DNA from: Pseudomonadota bacterium
Lineage (GTDB): Bacteria > Actinomycetota > Actinomycetes > Actinomycetales > Cellulomonadaceae
DNA length: 44,135 nucleotides
Reading direction: 5' to 3'
Assembly (NCBI GenBank): GCA_021833345.1
Contig: JAKBFW010000001.1
Coordinates: forward strand, 1 to 44,135
The notes under the pieces were generated by a model, which did no database searches, was not told where the DNA came from, and saw only the letters and a program-made list of their open reading frames with translations. The position numbers and the translations under genes were made by a program. Of the stretch, positions 1 to 9,528 are shown one piece after another; the stretch's first letter is position 1; the number at the start of each line of letters is the position of its first letter.

Positions 1-447
1 GGGCTGCACTGGTACGAGGTCAGCAACTGGGCGCGCACACCGGCGGACGCGTGCCGGCACAACCTCGCCTACTGGCGCGGTGCCGACTGGTGGGGGATCG
101 GGCCCGGAGCCCACAGCCACATCGGCGGTGTCCGGTGGTGGAACGTCAAGCACCCGCGCGCCTACGCGGCACGGCTCGCGGACGGCATCAGCCCCGCGGC
201 GGGTCGCGAGCGTCTCGGCGAAGCGGGCATGCGGCTCGAGCGGGTGATGCTCGGGACCAGGTTGAGCGAGGGGCTCCCGCTCGACGAGCTGGGCGCGGAG
301 GGGCGACGCGCGGTGGCCGGGCTCGTCGCCGACGGGCTCGTGGACGGTGCCGCGGCCGTGGGCGGGGACGACCGCGGTCGTCGGGTGCTGCTCACGCGGA
401 GAGGCCGGCTCCTCGCCGACGCCGTGGTCAGGGCGCTCACGGAGTAG
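1..447 (+). CDS. hemW: Radical SAM heme chaperone HemW (HemN-like), 3' part only
   Basis: Frame 1 is open from base 1: GLHWYEVSNWA...CRHNLAYWRGADWWGIGPGAHSH...WWNVKHP, typical HemW C-terminal motifs. Lies upstream of hrcA as is usual. Confidence 0.9.
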   Translation, partial: GLHWYEVSNWARTPADACRHNLAYWRGADWWGIGPGAHSHIGGVRWWNVKHPRAYAARLADGISPAAGRERLGEAGMRLERVMLGTRLSEGLPLDELGAEGRRAVAGLVADGLVDGAAAVGGDDRGRRVLLTRRGRLLADAVVRALTE

Positions 448-562
448 CGGCGCCACAGCGTGCTCACATGCCGGTCCTTGACACAACCTCCACATTTCGA
501 TTCTCTGGCACCGGTGCGCGCGGCTCGACCGGGGCCGCCCGCGATCGGACCGAAGGGTGACC

Positions 563-1540
563 ATGACCGAGAACGGACCGGACGGCACGCCGCGCGACGA
601 GAACGAGCCTCCGCAGCCCCCTGCGAGCCCGGTCCCGCCGCCGGGCGCGTACCCGCCGCCGCGCGCGGGCAGCTACCCGCCGCCGCCTCCCGCGGCATAC
701 GGGCCGCCCTCGGGCAGCTACCCGCCGCCGGGCAGCGGCTACCCGCCCCCCGGCGGCGGTTACGGTCCCCCCGGCGGCTACGGTCCCCCCGGGGCGATGC
801 CTCCGGCGCCGCAGCCGTACGGTGCGCCCGGCGGCCCGCAGGCGGTCGGCATCGGCGAGGCGTTCAACTACGGCTGGACGAAATTCACTGCCAACGTCGG
901 TCCGATCCTTCTCGCGGCCCTGACGTACGTCATCGCCGGCGGCATCATCATCGCGATCTGGTACACGATCATCGGTGCGATCGGTCTCGGTGCCTCCTCG
1001 TCAACCACCGTCGACGCGAGCGGGAGGCTGACCCCGGGGGCCGGCGGCGGGATCTTCGCGTTCTTTCTCTTCGGCGCGGTCTTCAGCCTGGTGTACATGC
1101 TCTTCTTCTACATCATGCAGGCCGGCATCATCCGCGGGGCGTTGCACATCACGTATGGTCGCCCGCTCGAATTCAAGACGTTCTTCCAGTTCGACAGCCT
1201 CGGCACCGTCGTGCTCGCCGCGCTTGCAGTGTCGGTGCTCTCGTCCGTCATCGGCGGGATCACCTGTGGCATCGGATCGATCGTCGTGTCGTTCTTCGCG
1301 CAGTTCACCCTCTTCTTCGTCGTGGACAAGCGGCTGGGTGCGGTCGACGCGATCAAGGCGTCGTTCTCGCTCGTGAACAAGAACCTCGGCACCGTGATCG
1401 TGCTGTTCCTCGCGGTCATCGTGGCGGAGGTCATCGGCGCCGCACTCTGCGGGGTCGGCCTCCTCGTGGCGCTCCCGGTCTCGATCATCGCGACGACCTA
1501 CCTGTACCGCCGGTTGCTCGGTGAGCCCGTCGCCCCGTGA
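563..1540 (+). CDS. Integral membrane protein with Pro/Gly/Tyr-rich N-terminal tail
   Basis: GAAGGG Shine-Dalgarno before ATG 563. YPPP/YGPP repeats, then about 5-6 hydrophobic segments. Codon usage looks coding. Confidence 0.8.
   Translation: MTENGPDGTPRDENEPPQPPASPVPPPGAYPPPRAGSYPPPPPAAYGPPSGSYPPPGSGYPPPGGGYGPPGGYGPPGAMPPAPQPYGAPGGPQAVGIGEAFNYGWTKFTANVGPILLAALTYVIAGGIIIAIWYTIIGAIGLGASSSTTVDASGRLTPGAGGGIFAFFLFGAVFSLVYMLFFYIMQAGIIRGALHITYGRPLEFKTFFQFDSLGTVVLAALAVSVLSSVIGGITCGIGSIVVSFFAQFTLFFVVDKRLGAVDAIKASFSLVNKNLGTVIVLFLAVIVAEVIGAALCGVGLLVALPVSIIATTYLYRRLLGEPVAP
755..790 (+). repeat. 18-bp tandem repeat (GGYGPP x2) within the Pro-rich tail
   Basis: ggcggttacggtcccccc followed by ggcggctacggtcccccc. 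gggcagctacccgccgccg also occurs at 667 and 712. Confidence 0.75.
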
Positions 1541-1572
1541 CGGTGGAGCCCTGAGCCGAGAGAAGCGCGCGC

Positions 1573-2028
1573 ATGACGCAGGGGCCGTCGCCCCTCCCCG
1601 GGTCGGGGTACCACCACGGCGTGACAGCCGGGTGGTACCCCGACCCGTCGGGCGACTGGGAGCTCCGCTGGTGGGACGGAGTCCTCTGGACCGCAGACGT
1701 CGTCACCGGGACGTTCCGCTGTCAGGAGCCGATCGGACCAGTACCGGTCCCTGTCGTCGAGCAGGTGCTGTGGGACGGTGAGGGCCACCGTCTCACGACC
1801 CACCGCGTCTGGGTCCACGAGCCGGGAAGCGGTCGGCCACCCGAGGAGCTGCCGCTCTGGACGATCGCGCACGTCGAGGTCACCGCGTCGCGCGTCACGA
1901 TGTCGGTCGCCTACCCGGGCTACGGCGGGCGCGTGACGTACGTGATCCGCTCGACCGCGGCGCCGTTGGTCGGGGCCCTGGTGCATGCCTGGGCCAACCG
2001 GAACCGGCGCGCCGCCTTGAGGCTCTGA
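1573..2028 (+). CDS. DUF2510 domain protein with a possible C-terminal PH-like domain
   Basis: AGWYPDPSGDWELRWWDGVLWT is the DUF2510 signature. Confidence 0.8.
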   Translation: MTQGPSPLPGSGYHHGVTAGWYPDPSGDWELRWWDGVLWTADVVTGTFRCQEPIGPVPVPVVEQVLWDGEGHRLTTHRVWVHEPGSGRPPEELPLWTIAHVEVTASRVTMSVAYPGYGGRVTYVIRSTAAPLVGALVHAWANRNRRAALRL

Positions 2029-2059
2029 GCCTCCGGCGACGGGTCGGCCGAGGTCGCCA

Positions 2060-2089
2060 CGGGCAGCCCCGGGCCCGGGATGTTGCCCG
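2060..2089. terminator. Possible hairpin terminator between convergent genes
   Basis: Imperfect GC stem cgggcagc...gttgcccg between the two stop codons. No U-tract. Confidence 0.3.
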
Positions 2090-2090
2090 G

Positions 2091-2981
2091 TCAGGAGCTC
2101 GTGACGAAGTCGATCAGCTCTTCGACGCGGCCGAGCAGCGACGGCTCCAGATCGGCGTAGCTCCGGACGGACCGCAGGATCCGCTGCCAGGCGCGCGCCA
2201 CGTCCGCCTGGTCGGCCGCCGGCCAGCCGAGCTCGCGCAGGATGCCGTGCTTCCACTCGACGCCGCGTTCGATCGTCGGCCAGGCGGTCAGCCCGATCCG
2301 CTCCGGTCGGACGGCCTGCCAGACGTCGACGTACGGGTGCCCGAGGACGACGACCGTCCCGGCCGGCGCGGCACGCATGACGGCGTCGGCGATACGGCTC
2401 TCCTTGCTCCCGGGCACGAGGTGGTCGACCAGCACGCCGAGACGACGCCCGGGCCCGGGGGCGAAGTCCCGCACCGCGTCCGGCAGGTTGTCGACGCCGT
2501 CCAGCAGCTCGACCACGACGCCCTCCACGCGCAGGTCGTCGCCCCACACCTTCTCCACGAGCTCGGCGTCGTGCTTGCCCTCGACCCAGATCCGGGAGCC
2601 GCGCGCCACCCGGGCACGCACCCCGGTGACTGCGCGCGACCCTGACGCGGTCCGTGCCGGCGCCGCCGGAGCCGACGCGCGGGTCGGCGCCGTGAGCTCG
2701 ACGGGAGCGCCGTCCACCCAGAAGCCGGGCCCGAGCGGGAACGTCCGCGTGCGCCCGGCTCGGTCCTCGAGCACGACGACGTGCAGACCGCCGGACTTCT
2801 CGACCCGGGTCACGGCCCCCACCCAGCCGGTCGTGACCTCCTCGACCACGAGGCCCCGCTCCGCCGGGGTCGGCACCGAGCGACGTGCCGTCCGGTGACC
2901 CGTCGTGCGCGTCGAGAGCACATCCGCGCCGTAACGGTCGGGGTGATCCGGGCTGCTCGGCGCATGGGGTCGGGACGTCAC
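2091..2981 (-). CDS. DUF3097 family protein
   Basis: [44 protein letters not shown] and [10 protein letters not shown] motifs. Divergent from hrcA as seen in many actinobacteria. Confidence 0.85.
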   Translation of the reverse strand: MTSRPHAPSSPDHPDRYGADVLSTRTTGHRTARRSVPTPAERGLVVEEVTTGWVGAVTRVEKSGGLHVVVLEDRAGRTRTFPLGPGFWVDGAPVELTAPTRASAPAAPARTASGSRAVTGVRARVARGSRIWVEGKHDAELVEKVWGDDLRVEGVVVELLDGVDNLPDAVRDFAPGPGRRLGVLVDHLVPGSKESRIADAVMRAAPAGTVVVLGHPYVDVWQAVRPERIGLTAWPTIERGVEWKHGILRELGWPAADQADVARAWQRILRSVRSYADLEPSLLGRVEELIDFVTSS

Positions 2982-3063
2982 CCGGGAAGCCTAGGGCGCG
3001 CGTCGGTGTTCCCCGAGGAGGTGCTGAGCGGGCGTCGTCCCCGACGTGGCGGTTGCGACCGCG

Positions 3064-3095
3064 TAGAATTGGCACTCGCCCACCCGGAGTGCCAC
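3064..3095 (+). promoter_or_regulatory. CIRCE element (HrcA operator) with adjacent -10 box
   Basis: TTGGCACTC-N9-GAGTGCCAC at 3069-3095 versus consensus TTAGCACTC-N9-GAGTGCTAA. TAGAAT -10 at 3064-3069. Confidence 0.9.
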
Positions 3096-3184
3096 CGGGA
3101 GATGGGGCGCACGAGAGACGGACCACGCCCGACGGACCCGGCACCGCGTCCGGTCCGGCACCGACACGACGCAGGGAGGTCACG

Positions 3185-4216
3185 GTGAGCGACGACCGCA
3201 GGCTCGACGTGCTGCGCGCGATCGTGGAGGACTACGTCGTCACGCGCGAGCCGGTCGGCTCACGCGCGCTCGTGGAGCGGCACTCGCTCGGCGTCTCGTC
3301 GGCGACGATCCGCAACGACATGGCCGCCCTCGAGGAGGGCGGCTACATCGTCCAGCCGCACACCTCGGCGGGCCGGGTGCCGACCGATCGCGGGTACCGG
3401 TTGTTCGTCGACCGGCTGGCGACCGTGAAGGCGATGTCGAGCCCCGAGAAGCGCGCGATCCAGGCGTTCCTCGAGGACGCGGTGGACCTCGACGACGTCG
3501 TCGACCGCGCGGTCCGGCTGCTCGCCCAGCTCACCCAGCAGGTCGCGGTCGTCCAGTACCCGTCGCTGCGTCGGTCGGCGCTGCGGCACCTCGAGCTCGT
3601 CGACCTCGGCGAGCACCGTCTGCTCGTCGTGATCATCACCGACACGGGTCGTGTCGAGCAGCGCACCCTCGACCTCTCGACGATCGCCCCGGCGCTGTCG
3701 GAGGAGACCGTCGCGCTGCTGCGTGTGCGTCTGAACGTGGTCGCGACCGGCCGCCGGCTCTCCGAGCTCGTCGTTCCGTTGGGGGAGCTCGCCGACGCGT
3801 TCCCGAGCACGGACCAGGCGCTCGTGCGGGCCGTCGTCCAGGTGGTCGAGGAGACCCTGACCGAGGAGAGCGAGGAGCGCCTGGTGCTTGCCGGCACGGC
3901 GAACCTCGCGAGGACCGGCGCGCACGACTTCACGCACACCCTCGGGCCCGTTCTCGAGGCCCTCGAGGAGCAGGTCGTGCTTCTCCGTCTGCTCGGCGAG
4001 ATGGCCGACGACGCGGCGAGCGTGTCCGTCCGCATCGGGCGCGAGACCCATCACGAGGGCCTCGTCGAGACCAGCTTCGTGACGAGCGGGTACGGCGGCG
4101 AGGACGCGGCCCTGGCGCGGATCGGGTCGATCGGCCCGCTGCGGATGGACTACCCGGGCACCATCGCCTCGGTGCGCGCGGTCGCCCGGTACCTCTCCCG
4201 GGTGCTCGCCGGGTGA
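3185..4216 (+). CDS. hrcA: Heat-inducible transcription repressor HrcA
   Basis: GGGAGG SD then GTG 3185. [36 protein letters not shown] and GPLRMDY motifs. Confidence 0.97.
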   Translation: MSDDRRLDVLRAIVEDYVVTREPVGSRALVERHSLGVSSATIRNDMAALEEGGYIVQPHTSAGRVPTDRGYRLFVDRLATVKAMSSPEKRAIQAFLEDAVDLDDVVDRAVRLLAQLTQQVAVVQYPSLRRSALRHLELVDLGEHRLLVVIITDTGRVEQRTLDLSTIAPALSEETVALLRVRLNVVATGRRLSELVVPLGELADAFPSTDQALVRAVVQVVEETLTEESEERLVLAGTANLARTGAHDFTHTLGPVLEALEEQVVLLRLLGEMADDAASVSVRIGRETHHEGLVETSFVTSGYGGEDAALARIGSIGPLRMDYPGTIASVRAVARYLSRVLAG

Positions 4217-4283
4217 GCCGCACGCACATGACCTCAGAGCCGGCCGCCGCCGGTCCCACCTTGTCCCCTGCAGGAAGTGATCA

Positions 4284-5408
4284 GTGAGCGACTACTACCA
4301 GATCCTCGGTGTGCCCCGTGACGCGAGCACCGACCAGATCAAGAAGGCCTACCGCAAGCTCGCGCGCGAGCTCCACCCGGACGTCGCGGGCGAGGGCATG
4401 CAGACGGAGGACAAGTTCAAGGACGTCTCGCGCGCGTACGAGGTGCTCTCCAACCCGGAGAAGCGCCAGGCCTACGACATGGGGGCCGACCCGTCGGCGC
4501 CCGGCGGGGGGATGGGTGGTGGCTTCGGCTTCCAGGACATCTTCGAGACGTTCTTCGGAGCGGCGCAGCAGGCCGGGCAGCGCGGTCCGATCCCGCGGGC
4601 ACGACGCGGCCAGGACGCCCTGCTGCGGCTCGACATCGACCTCGCCGAGGCGGCCTTCGGAGCGCACCGCGAGCTCCAGGTCGACACCGCCGTGCTGTGC
4701 CCGACCTGTGCAGGCTCGTGCTGCCGGCCCGGGAGCTCGCCGCGGACGTGCGACGTGTGCGGCGGTCGCGGGTCGGTGCAGCGGGTCGCCCGGTCGTTCC
4801 TCGGCCAGGTCATGACCTCCGCCCCGTGCGCCGCGTGCCACGGTTTCGGGACCGTCATCCCCGAGCCCTGCACCGAGTGCGCGGGAGAGGGCCGGGTCCG
4901 CAGCCGTCGCACCCTGACCGTCGACGTGCCGGCCGGTGTCGACACCGGGACGCGGATCAAGCTTACCGGCCAGGGTGAGGTCGGTCCGGCGGGCGGTCCC
5001 GCGGGGGACGTGTACCTCGAGGTCCGCGAACGCAACCACGAGACCTTCGCGCGGCGCGGTGACGACCTGCACTGCACCCTCGAGGTCCCGATGACCGCGG
5101 CGGCGCTCGGCACCGTGCTCGAGCTGGAGACCCTCGACGGCATGCAGGAGATCGACCTGCGTCCGGGCACCCAGCCCGGTCAGGTGATCACGCTCAAGGG
5201 GTTGGGAGTCGGGCACCTGCACACCGGCGGGCGGGGGGACCTCGACGTGCACATCGACGTCCAGGTCCCGGCCCCGGAGGACGAGGAGCAGGTGGAGCTG
5301 CTGCGTCGGCTCGCCGAGCTGCGCGGGGAGCAACGGCCGGAGGGGCGGCTCTCGGCGGTGCATCCCGGGGTCTTCGCCAAGCTCCGCGACAAGCTCAGTG
5401 GCCGCTGA
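4284..5408 (+). CDS. dnaJ: Molecular chaperone DnaJ (DnaJ2 type)
   Basis: J-domain with HPD, G/F-rich region, four CxxC zinc-finger repeats, C-terminal substrate-binding domain. Confidence 0.97.
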   Translation: MSDYYQILGVPRDASTDQIKKAYRKLARELHPDVAGEGMQTEDKFKDVSRAYEVLSNPEKRQAYDMGADPSAPGGGMGGGFGFQDIFETFFGAAQQAGQRGPIPRARRGQDALLRLDIDLAEAAFGAHRELQVDTAVLCPTCAGSCCRPGSSPRTCDVCGGRGSVQRVARSFLGQVMTSAPCAACHGFGTVIPEPCTECAGEGRVRSRRTLTVDVPAGVDTGTRIKLTGQGEVGPAGGPAGDVYLEVRERNHETFARRGDDLHCTLEVPMTAAALGTVLELETLDGMQEIDLRPGTQPGQVITLKGLGVGHLHTGGRGDLDVHIDVQVPAPEDEEQVELLRRLAELRGEQRPEGRLSAVHPGVFAKLRDKLSGR

Positions 5409-5444
5409 GCCCAGGCCCCGCACGGTTGCCGTGACGGGAACTCC

Positions 5445-6212
5445 GTGAGCGCGCCGGTGTTCTTCGCCGAACCCGGGTCGCTCCGCGACGTGACGGTGGG
5501 GTCGACGTACCTGCTCGACGGCGCCGAAGGTCGGCACGCCGGTGTCGTGCAGCGGCGCGGACCGGGTGAGCGGGTCGACGTCGTCGACGGTGCCGGGGTG
5601 CGGCTGCGGGGGGTCGTGGTCGCGGTCGAAGCCGCCGGTGTGCGCCTCGAGGTCCGCGAGCACGTCGTCGAGCCGGTGGCCGGGATCGGGCTGGTCCTGG
5701 TGCAGGCGCTCGCGAAGGGCGATCGGGACGAGCTCGCGATCGAAGCGGCGACCGAGGTCGGCGCCGACGAGGTGCTGCCCTGGCAGGCGGACCGGTCGAT
5801 CGTGGTCTGGCGTGGCGACCGCGCAGCGAAGAGCCGCGCGCGATGGGTCGCCACCGTACGAACCGCGGCGAAGCAGTCGCGCCGGTCCCGCCTGCCGCTG
5901 GTCGGCACCGCCGTCGACGGGGTCGGGCTCGTCGCTCGGGTCGTGGAGACCATCGCGGGCGGCGGCGCCGCCCTGGTGCTGCACGAGGACGCGAGCCGGC
6001 CACTGGCGACCGTCGAGCTTCCCGCGGCGCGGCCGGGAGCCCAGATCCTCGTGGTCGTCGGCCCGGAGGGTGGGATCACCGAGCGTGAGGTCAGCGCGCT
6101 CGAAGGGGCAGGTGCCCAGGCCGTCAGGCTCGGCCCGCACGTGCTGAGGACGTCGACCGCCGGGCCGGTCGCGATCGCCCTGCTCGCGCAGCGGCTGGGG
6201 TACTGGGGCTGA
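5445..6212 (+). CDS. rsmE: 16S rRNA m3U1498 methyltransferase RsmE
   Basis: VGPEGGI and LGPHVLRTSTAG SPOUT motifs. Follows dnaJ. Confidence 0.95.
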   Translation: MSAPVFFAEPGSLRDVTVGSTYLLDGAEGRHAGVVQRRGPGERVDVVDGAGVRLRGVVVAVEAAGVRLEVREHVVEPVAGIGLVLVQALAKGDRDELAIEAATEVGADEVLPWQADRSIVVWRGDRAAKSRARWVATVRTAAKQSRRSRLPLVGTAVDGVGLVARVVETIAGGGAALVLHEDASRPLATVELPAARPGAQILVVVGPEGGITEREVSALEGAGAQAVRLGPHVLRTSTAGPVAIALLAQRLGYWG

Positions 6213-6235
6213 GCCTGGGCGGCGGCTGACCGGGT

Positions 6236-6477
6236 GGTGCCGCTCGCACCGGCGCTCGTGAATCCGCTCGCCACCGGCGTCGTGCTCCCGACGGGGACGA
6301 TCTCCCAGTTCAGGGTGCCCTCGAAGGCGCTCCCGCTCCCGGCGACGTGGTCACCGATGCCGCCGGCGTGCCTTTGCCGGCGCCCGCGGCGCAGCTCGTC
6401 AAGGCCGCGGCGGCGAGCAGTGCGACGAGTGGGACGGCGACGACCCGGCCGCGGCGTCGAGATCCGATGGTGCCGAT
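6236..6477 (-). pseudogene. Decayed lipoprotein gene with a Gmad2-like Ig domain fragment
   Basis: SD GAGGGGGG precedes ATC (not ATG) at 6477. Signal peptide with lipobox LTSC in one frame. AFEGTLNWEIV...ASGFTSAG in another frame at 6346-6236. Confidence 0.55.
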
Positions 6478-6603
6478 GGGTTGCCCCCCTCGAGGTTGCC
6501 GTGCCGAGCCGTGAGGTCGTGTCGTTCGCGAGCGCCTCGAACGTACCGCGGCGGCACGCCCCTGGTCGCGGCGACGCGCGCCGGTCCCGGGACGCGCGAT
6601 CGG

Positions 6604-6609
6604 TAGACT
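6604..6609 (+). promoter_or_regulatory. Candidate -10 box for the phoH-ybeY-corC-era operon
   Basis: TAGACT 66 nt upstream of the phoH ATG. Confidence 0.45.
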
Positions 6610-6674
6610 CGGTACGGTCCCGGTCGGTCGGCGACGGGTCAGGGCGAAGGAGCGCAGCGGCGCAAGCCGAGCAC

Positions 6675-7772
6675 ATGGCGGAGAGCACGGAGAGCAGAGC
6701 GTCACGCGGTCGCACCGACAGGTCCGCCGCGCGCGTCGAGAACCGGATCACCGTGGCGCCAGAGGTGTCGATGGTCGAGCTGTTGGGGCGCGACGACGAG
6801 GTCCTGCGCGCGATCGAGTCCGGCTTTCACGGCGTCGACATCCACGCACGTGGCAACCAGATCTCGCTCGCGGGACCGGCCGGGGACGTCGCACTCGTCG
6901 CCCGGCTCGTCGACGAGCTCGTCGAGATGGCGGCGAACGGCGCACCTCTGAGCCCGGACGTGGTCATGCGCTCGGTGCAGATGCTCGCGAGCTCGGCGAC
7001 CTCGCGCCCAGCCGACGTGCTCTCCTTCAACATCCTCTCCTCGCGCGGTCGGACGATCCGGCCGAAGACGACCGGGCAGAAGGCCTACGTCGACGCGATC
7101 GACCGGCACACCATCACGTTCGGCATCGGCCCGGCCGGAACCGGGAAGACCTACCTCGCGATGGCGAAGGCCGTGCAGGCCCTGCAGGCCCGGCAGGTGA
7201 CGAGGATCGTGCTGACCCGGCCGGCCGTCGAGGCCGGCGAGCGGCTCGGGTTCCTGCCCGGGACGCTGAGCGAGAAGATCGACCCCTACCTGCGCCCGCT
7301 CTACGACGCGCTGCACGACATGGTCGACCCGGAGTCGATCCCGCGGCTCATGGAGGCCGGGACGATCGAGGTCGCCCCGCTCGCCTACATGCGCGGTCGG
7401 ACGCTGAACGACGCGTTCGTGATCCTCGACGAGGCGCAGAACACCTCGGCCGAGCAGATGAAGATGTTCCTGACCCGGCTCGGCTTCGGGAGCAAGGTCG
7501 TGGTGACCGGTGACGTGACCCAGGTCGACCTCCCGCAGGGTGCGCCCTCGGGGCTGCGGGTCGTCGAGCACGTCCTCGCCGGCGTCGACGACGTCGCGTT
7601 CTGCCGGCTCGACTCGGCCGACGTCGTCCGCCACCGTCTCGTCGGGGAGATCATCGACGCCTACTCGCGCTGGGACAGTCGGCACGGGCGCGACGACGGC
7701 CACGGCCCGCGGGTCGCGCACACGTCGGCGCCAGACGAGCCATCCGCATCGGGGGAGGAGACCGCCAGATGA
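6675..7772 (+). CDS. phoH: PhoH-family ATPase (PhoH1/YbeZ)
   Basis: GPAGTGKT Walker [26 protein letters not shown]. Start moved to ATG 6675, behind an AAGGAG SD-like sequence. Confidence 0.93.
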   Translation: MAESTESRASRGRTDRSAARVENRITVAPEVSMVELLGRDDEVLRAIESGFHGVDIHARGNQISLAGPAGDVALVARLVDELVEMAANGAPLSPDVVMRSVQMLASSATSRPADVLSFNILSSRGRTIRPKTTGQKAYVDAIDRHTITFGIGPAGTGKTYLAMAKAVQALQARQVTRIVLTRPAVEAGERLGFLPGTLSEKIDPYLRPLYDALHDMVDPESIPRLMEAGTIEVAPLAYMRGRTLNDAFVILDEAQNTSAEQMKMFLTRLGFGSKVVVTGDVTQVDLPQGAPSGLRVVEHVLAGVDDVAFCRLDSADVVRHRLVGEIIDAYSRWDSRHGRDDGHGPRVAHTSAPDEPSASGEETAR

Positions 7773-8221
7773 GCATCGAGGTCAACAACGAGTCCGGGGT
7801 CGTCGTCGACGAGGCGGAGTTCGCGGCTCTCGCGCGATTCGTCCTGGACGCCATGCACCTGCACCCGCTGACCGACCTCTCGGTCGTGATGGTCACGGTC
7901 GACGTCATGACCGAGCTGCACGTGCAGTGGATGGACGAGCCCGGCCCGACCGACGTGCTCTCCTTCCCGATGGACGAGCTGCGGCCCGGCCGCGACGGGG
8001 AGCCCACGCCGCCGGGGCTGCTCGGCGACGTCGTCCTGTGCCCCGAGGTCGCGGCGCGCCAGGCGCGGGAGGCGGGGCACTCCACGACCGAGGAGCTCCT
8101 CCTGCTGACCACGCACGGCATCCTGCACCTCCTCGGCTACGACCACGCCGAGCCGGCGGAGGAGAAGGAGATGTTCGCGCTCCAGCGCACCCTCCTGCTC
8201 ACGTTCCTCGCCGGCCGATGA
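7769..8221 (+). CDS. ybeY: rRNA maturation endoribonuclease YbeY
   Basis: PTDVLSFP and [11 protein letters not shown] motifs. ATGA overlap with phoH. Confidence 0.97.
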   Translation: MSIEVNNESGVVVDEAEFAALARFVLDAMHLHPLTDLSVVMVTVDVMTELHVQWMDEPGPTDVLSFPMDELRPGRDGEPTPPGLLGDVVLCPEVAARQAREAGHSTTEELLLLTTHGILHLLGYDHAEPAEEKEMFALQRTLLLTFLAGR

Positions 8222-9528
8222 CCTCGGCGCCCGTCGGTCTGCTTCTCGTCCTCGCCGCGGTCGGGATCCTGCTGGCGGCGGCCCTCAGCGCGGGGGAGGT
8301 CGCCGTCCGACGGGTGACCAGGGCGGCGGTCAGCGAGCTGATGACGGAGCGACGCCCCGGAGCCCTGCGGGTCCACGGCCTGGTGGAGGACCCGGCGCGG
8401 ACCGCCTCGGCCGCCGCGTTCGTGCGGATCATCGGAGAGATGGTCGCGAGCACGTGCCTGACCCTCGTCGTCGCGTCGCTCCTGCCCGCGTGGTGGGTCG
8501 TGCTGCTCGTGTCGGCGCTGCTGTCCGCAGGGGTCGCCCTGCTGCTCGTGCGACTCAGCCCGCGCACCCTCGGCAGGGACCACCCGGTCGCCACCCTGAC
8601 CCTTCTGTCGCGCCTGCTGACCGCCGCCGTCGCGGTCACGGTGCCGCTGCGGCGGCTCGTGCCGATCGCCGCCCACGACGGAGAGATCGACGAGGACGAG
8701 CTCCGGGACATGGTCCAGCGGGTGAGCGAGTCCGAGGGCATCGACGGCAAGGAGCGGATGCTCTTCCGGTCGGTCGTCGAGCTCGGCGACACCCTCACGC
8801 GCGAGGTCATGGTGCCCCGCACGGACATGGTGGTCACGACGGCGGGCACCCCGCTCCGCAAGGCCCTCGCGCTGCTGCTGCACTCCGGCTACTCACGCAT
8901 CCCGGTGATCGGTGACTCGGTCGACGACCTGCGCGGCGTGCTGTACCTGAAGGACGTCACACGCCGGATCCACACGGCCCCGGAGTCCGCGACGGAGCCG
9001 GTCTCGTCGATCGCGCGCCCCGCGGTGTTCGTCCCGGAGTCCAAGCCGGTCGACGACCTCCTGCGCGAGCTCCAGCAGGGGTCGTCGCACCTGGCGATCG
9101 TCGTGGACGAGTACGGCGGGGTCGCCGGTCTGGTGACGATCGAGGACGCCCTCGAGGAGATCGTCGGTGAGCTCGTCGACGAGCACGACCGGAGCGTCGT
9201 CCCGGTCGAGGACCTGGGCGCCGGCCTGTATCGTGTACCGGCCCGACTCTCCAAGGACGACCTCGGCGAGCTCTTCGGCTTCGACGTCGAGGACGACGAC
9301 GTCGACACCGCCGGCGGACTCCTGGCGAAGGCGCTCGGAAAGGTGCCGCTCCCGGGGTCGACGGGGGACATCCACGGACTTCACCTGGTGGCCGAACGTG
9401 CCGACGGGCGTCGTCGCCAGGTCTCGACACTCCTGGTACGGATCAGCGACCCGCACGAACCCGACACCTCTCAGGAGCTCACCGCCCTCGAGGGACCCGA
9501 CGACGAGCATCATGGAGCGCATCGATGA
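8218..9528 (+). CDS. HlyC/CorC family protein (CNNM membrane domain, CBS pair, CorC domain)
   Basis: N-terminal TMs, then [15 protein letters not shown] and [28 protein letters not shown] overlaps at both ends. Confidence 0.92.
   Translation: MTSAPVGLLLVLAAVGILLAAALSAGEVAVRRVTRAAVSELMTERRPGALRVHGLVEDPARTASAAAFVRIIGEMVASTCLTLVVASLLPAWWVVLLVSALLSAGVALLLVRLSPRTLGRDHPVATLTLLSRLLTAAVAVTVPLRRLVPIAAHDGEIDEDELRDMVQRVSESEGIDGKERMLFRSVVELGDTLTREVMVPRTDMVVTTAGTPLRKALALLLHSGYSRIPVIGDSVDDLRGVLYLKDVTRRIHTAPESATEPVSSIARPAVFVPESKPVDDLLRELQQGSSHLAIVVDEYGGVAGLVTIEDALEEIVGELVDEHDRSVVPVEDLGAGLYRVPARLSKDDLGELFGFDVEDDDVDTAGGLLAKALGKVPLPGSTGDIHGLHLVAERADGRRRQVSTLLVRISDPHEPDTSQELTALEGPDDEHHGAHR

Noticed and set aside
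478-506. TTGACA -35 promoter upstream of the Pro-rich membrane gene
   Set aside because: No convincing -10 at 16-18 bp spacing (GATTCT is at 15 bp), so it was left uncalled.
6234-6674. Long N-terminal extension of PhoH
   Set aside because: No homology-like content. A -10 box and SD point to ATG 6675, and the region holds an opposite-strand pseudogene.
7540-8217. Extended starts of CorC/HlyC (also GGDEF 28064, hrcA 2885, metal ABC ATPase 34370)
   Set aside because: They overlap real upstream genes or regulatory DNA and are low-complexity. Coupled or SD-supported downstream starts exist.
8218-9528. Hemolysin toxin
   Set aside because: The architecture is CNNM/CBS/CorC, a housekeeping cation-homeostasis family conserved in the ybeY-era operon.
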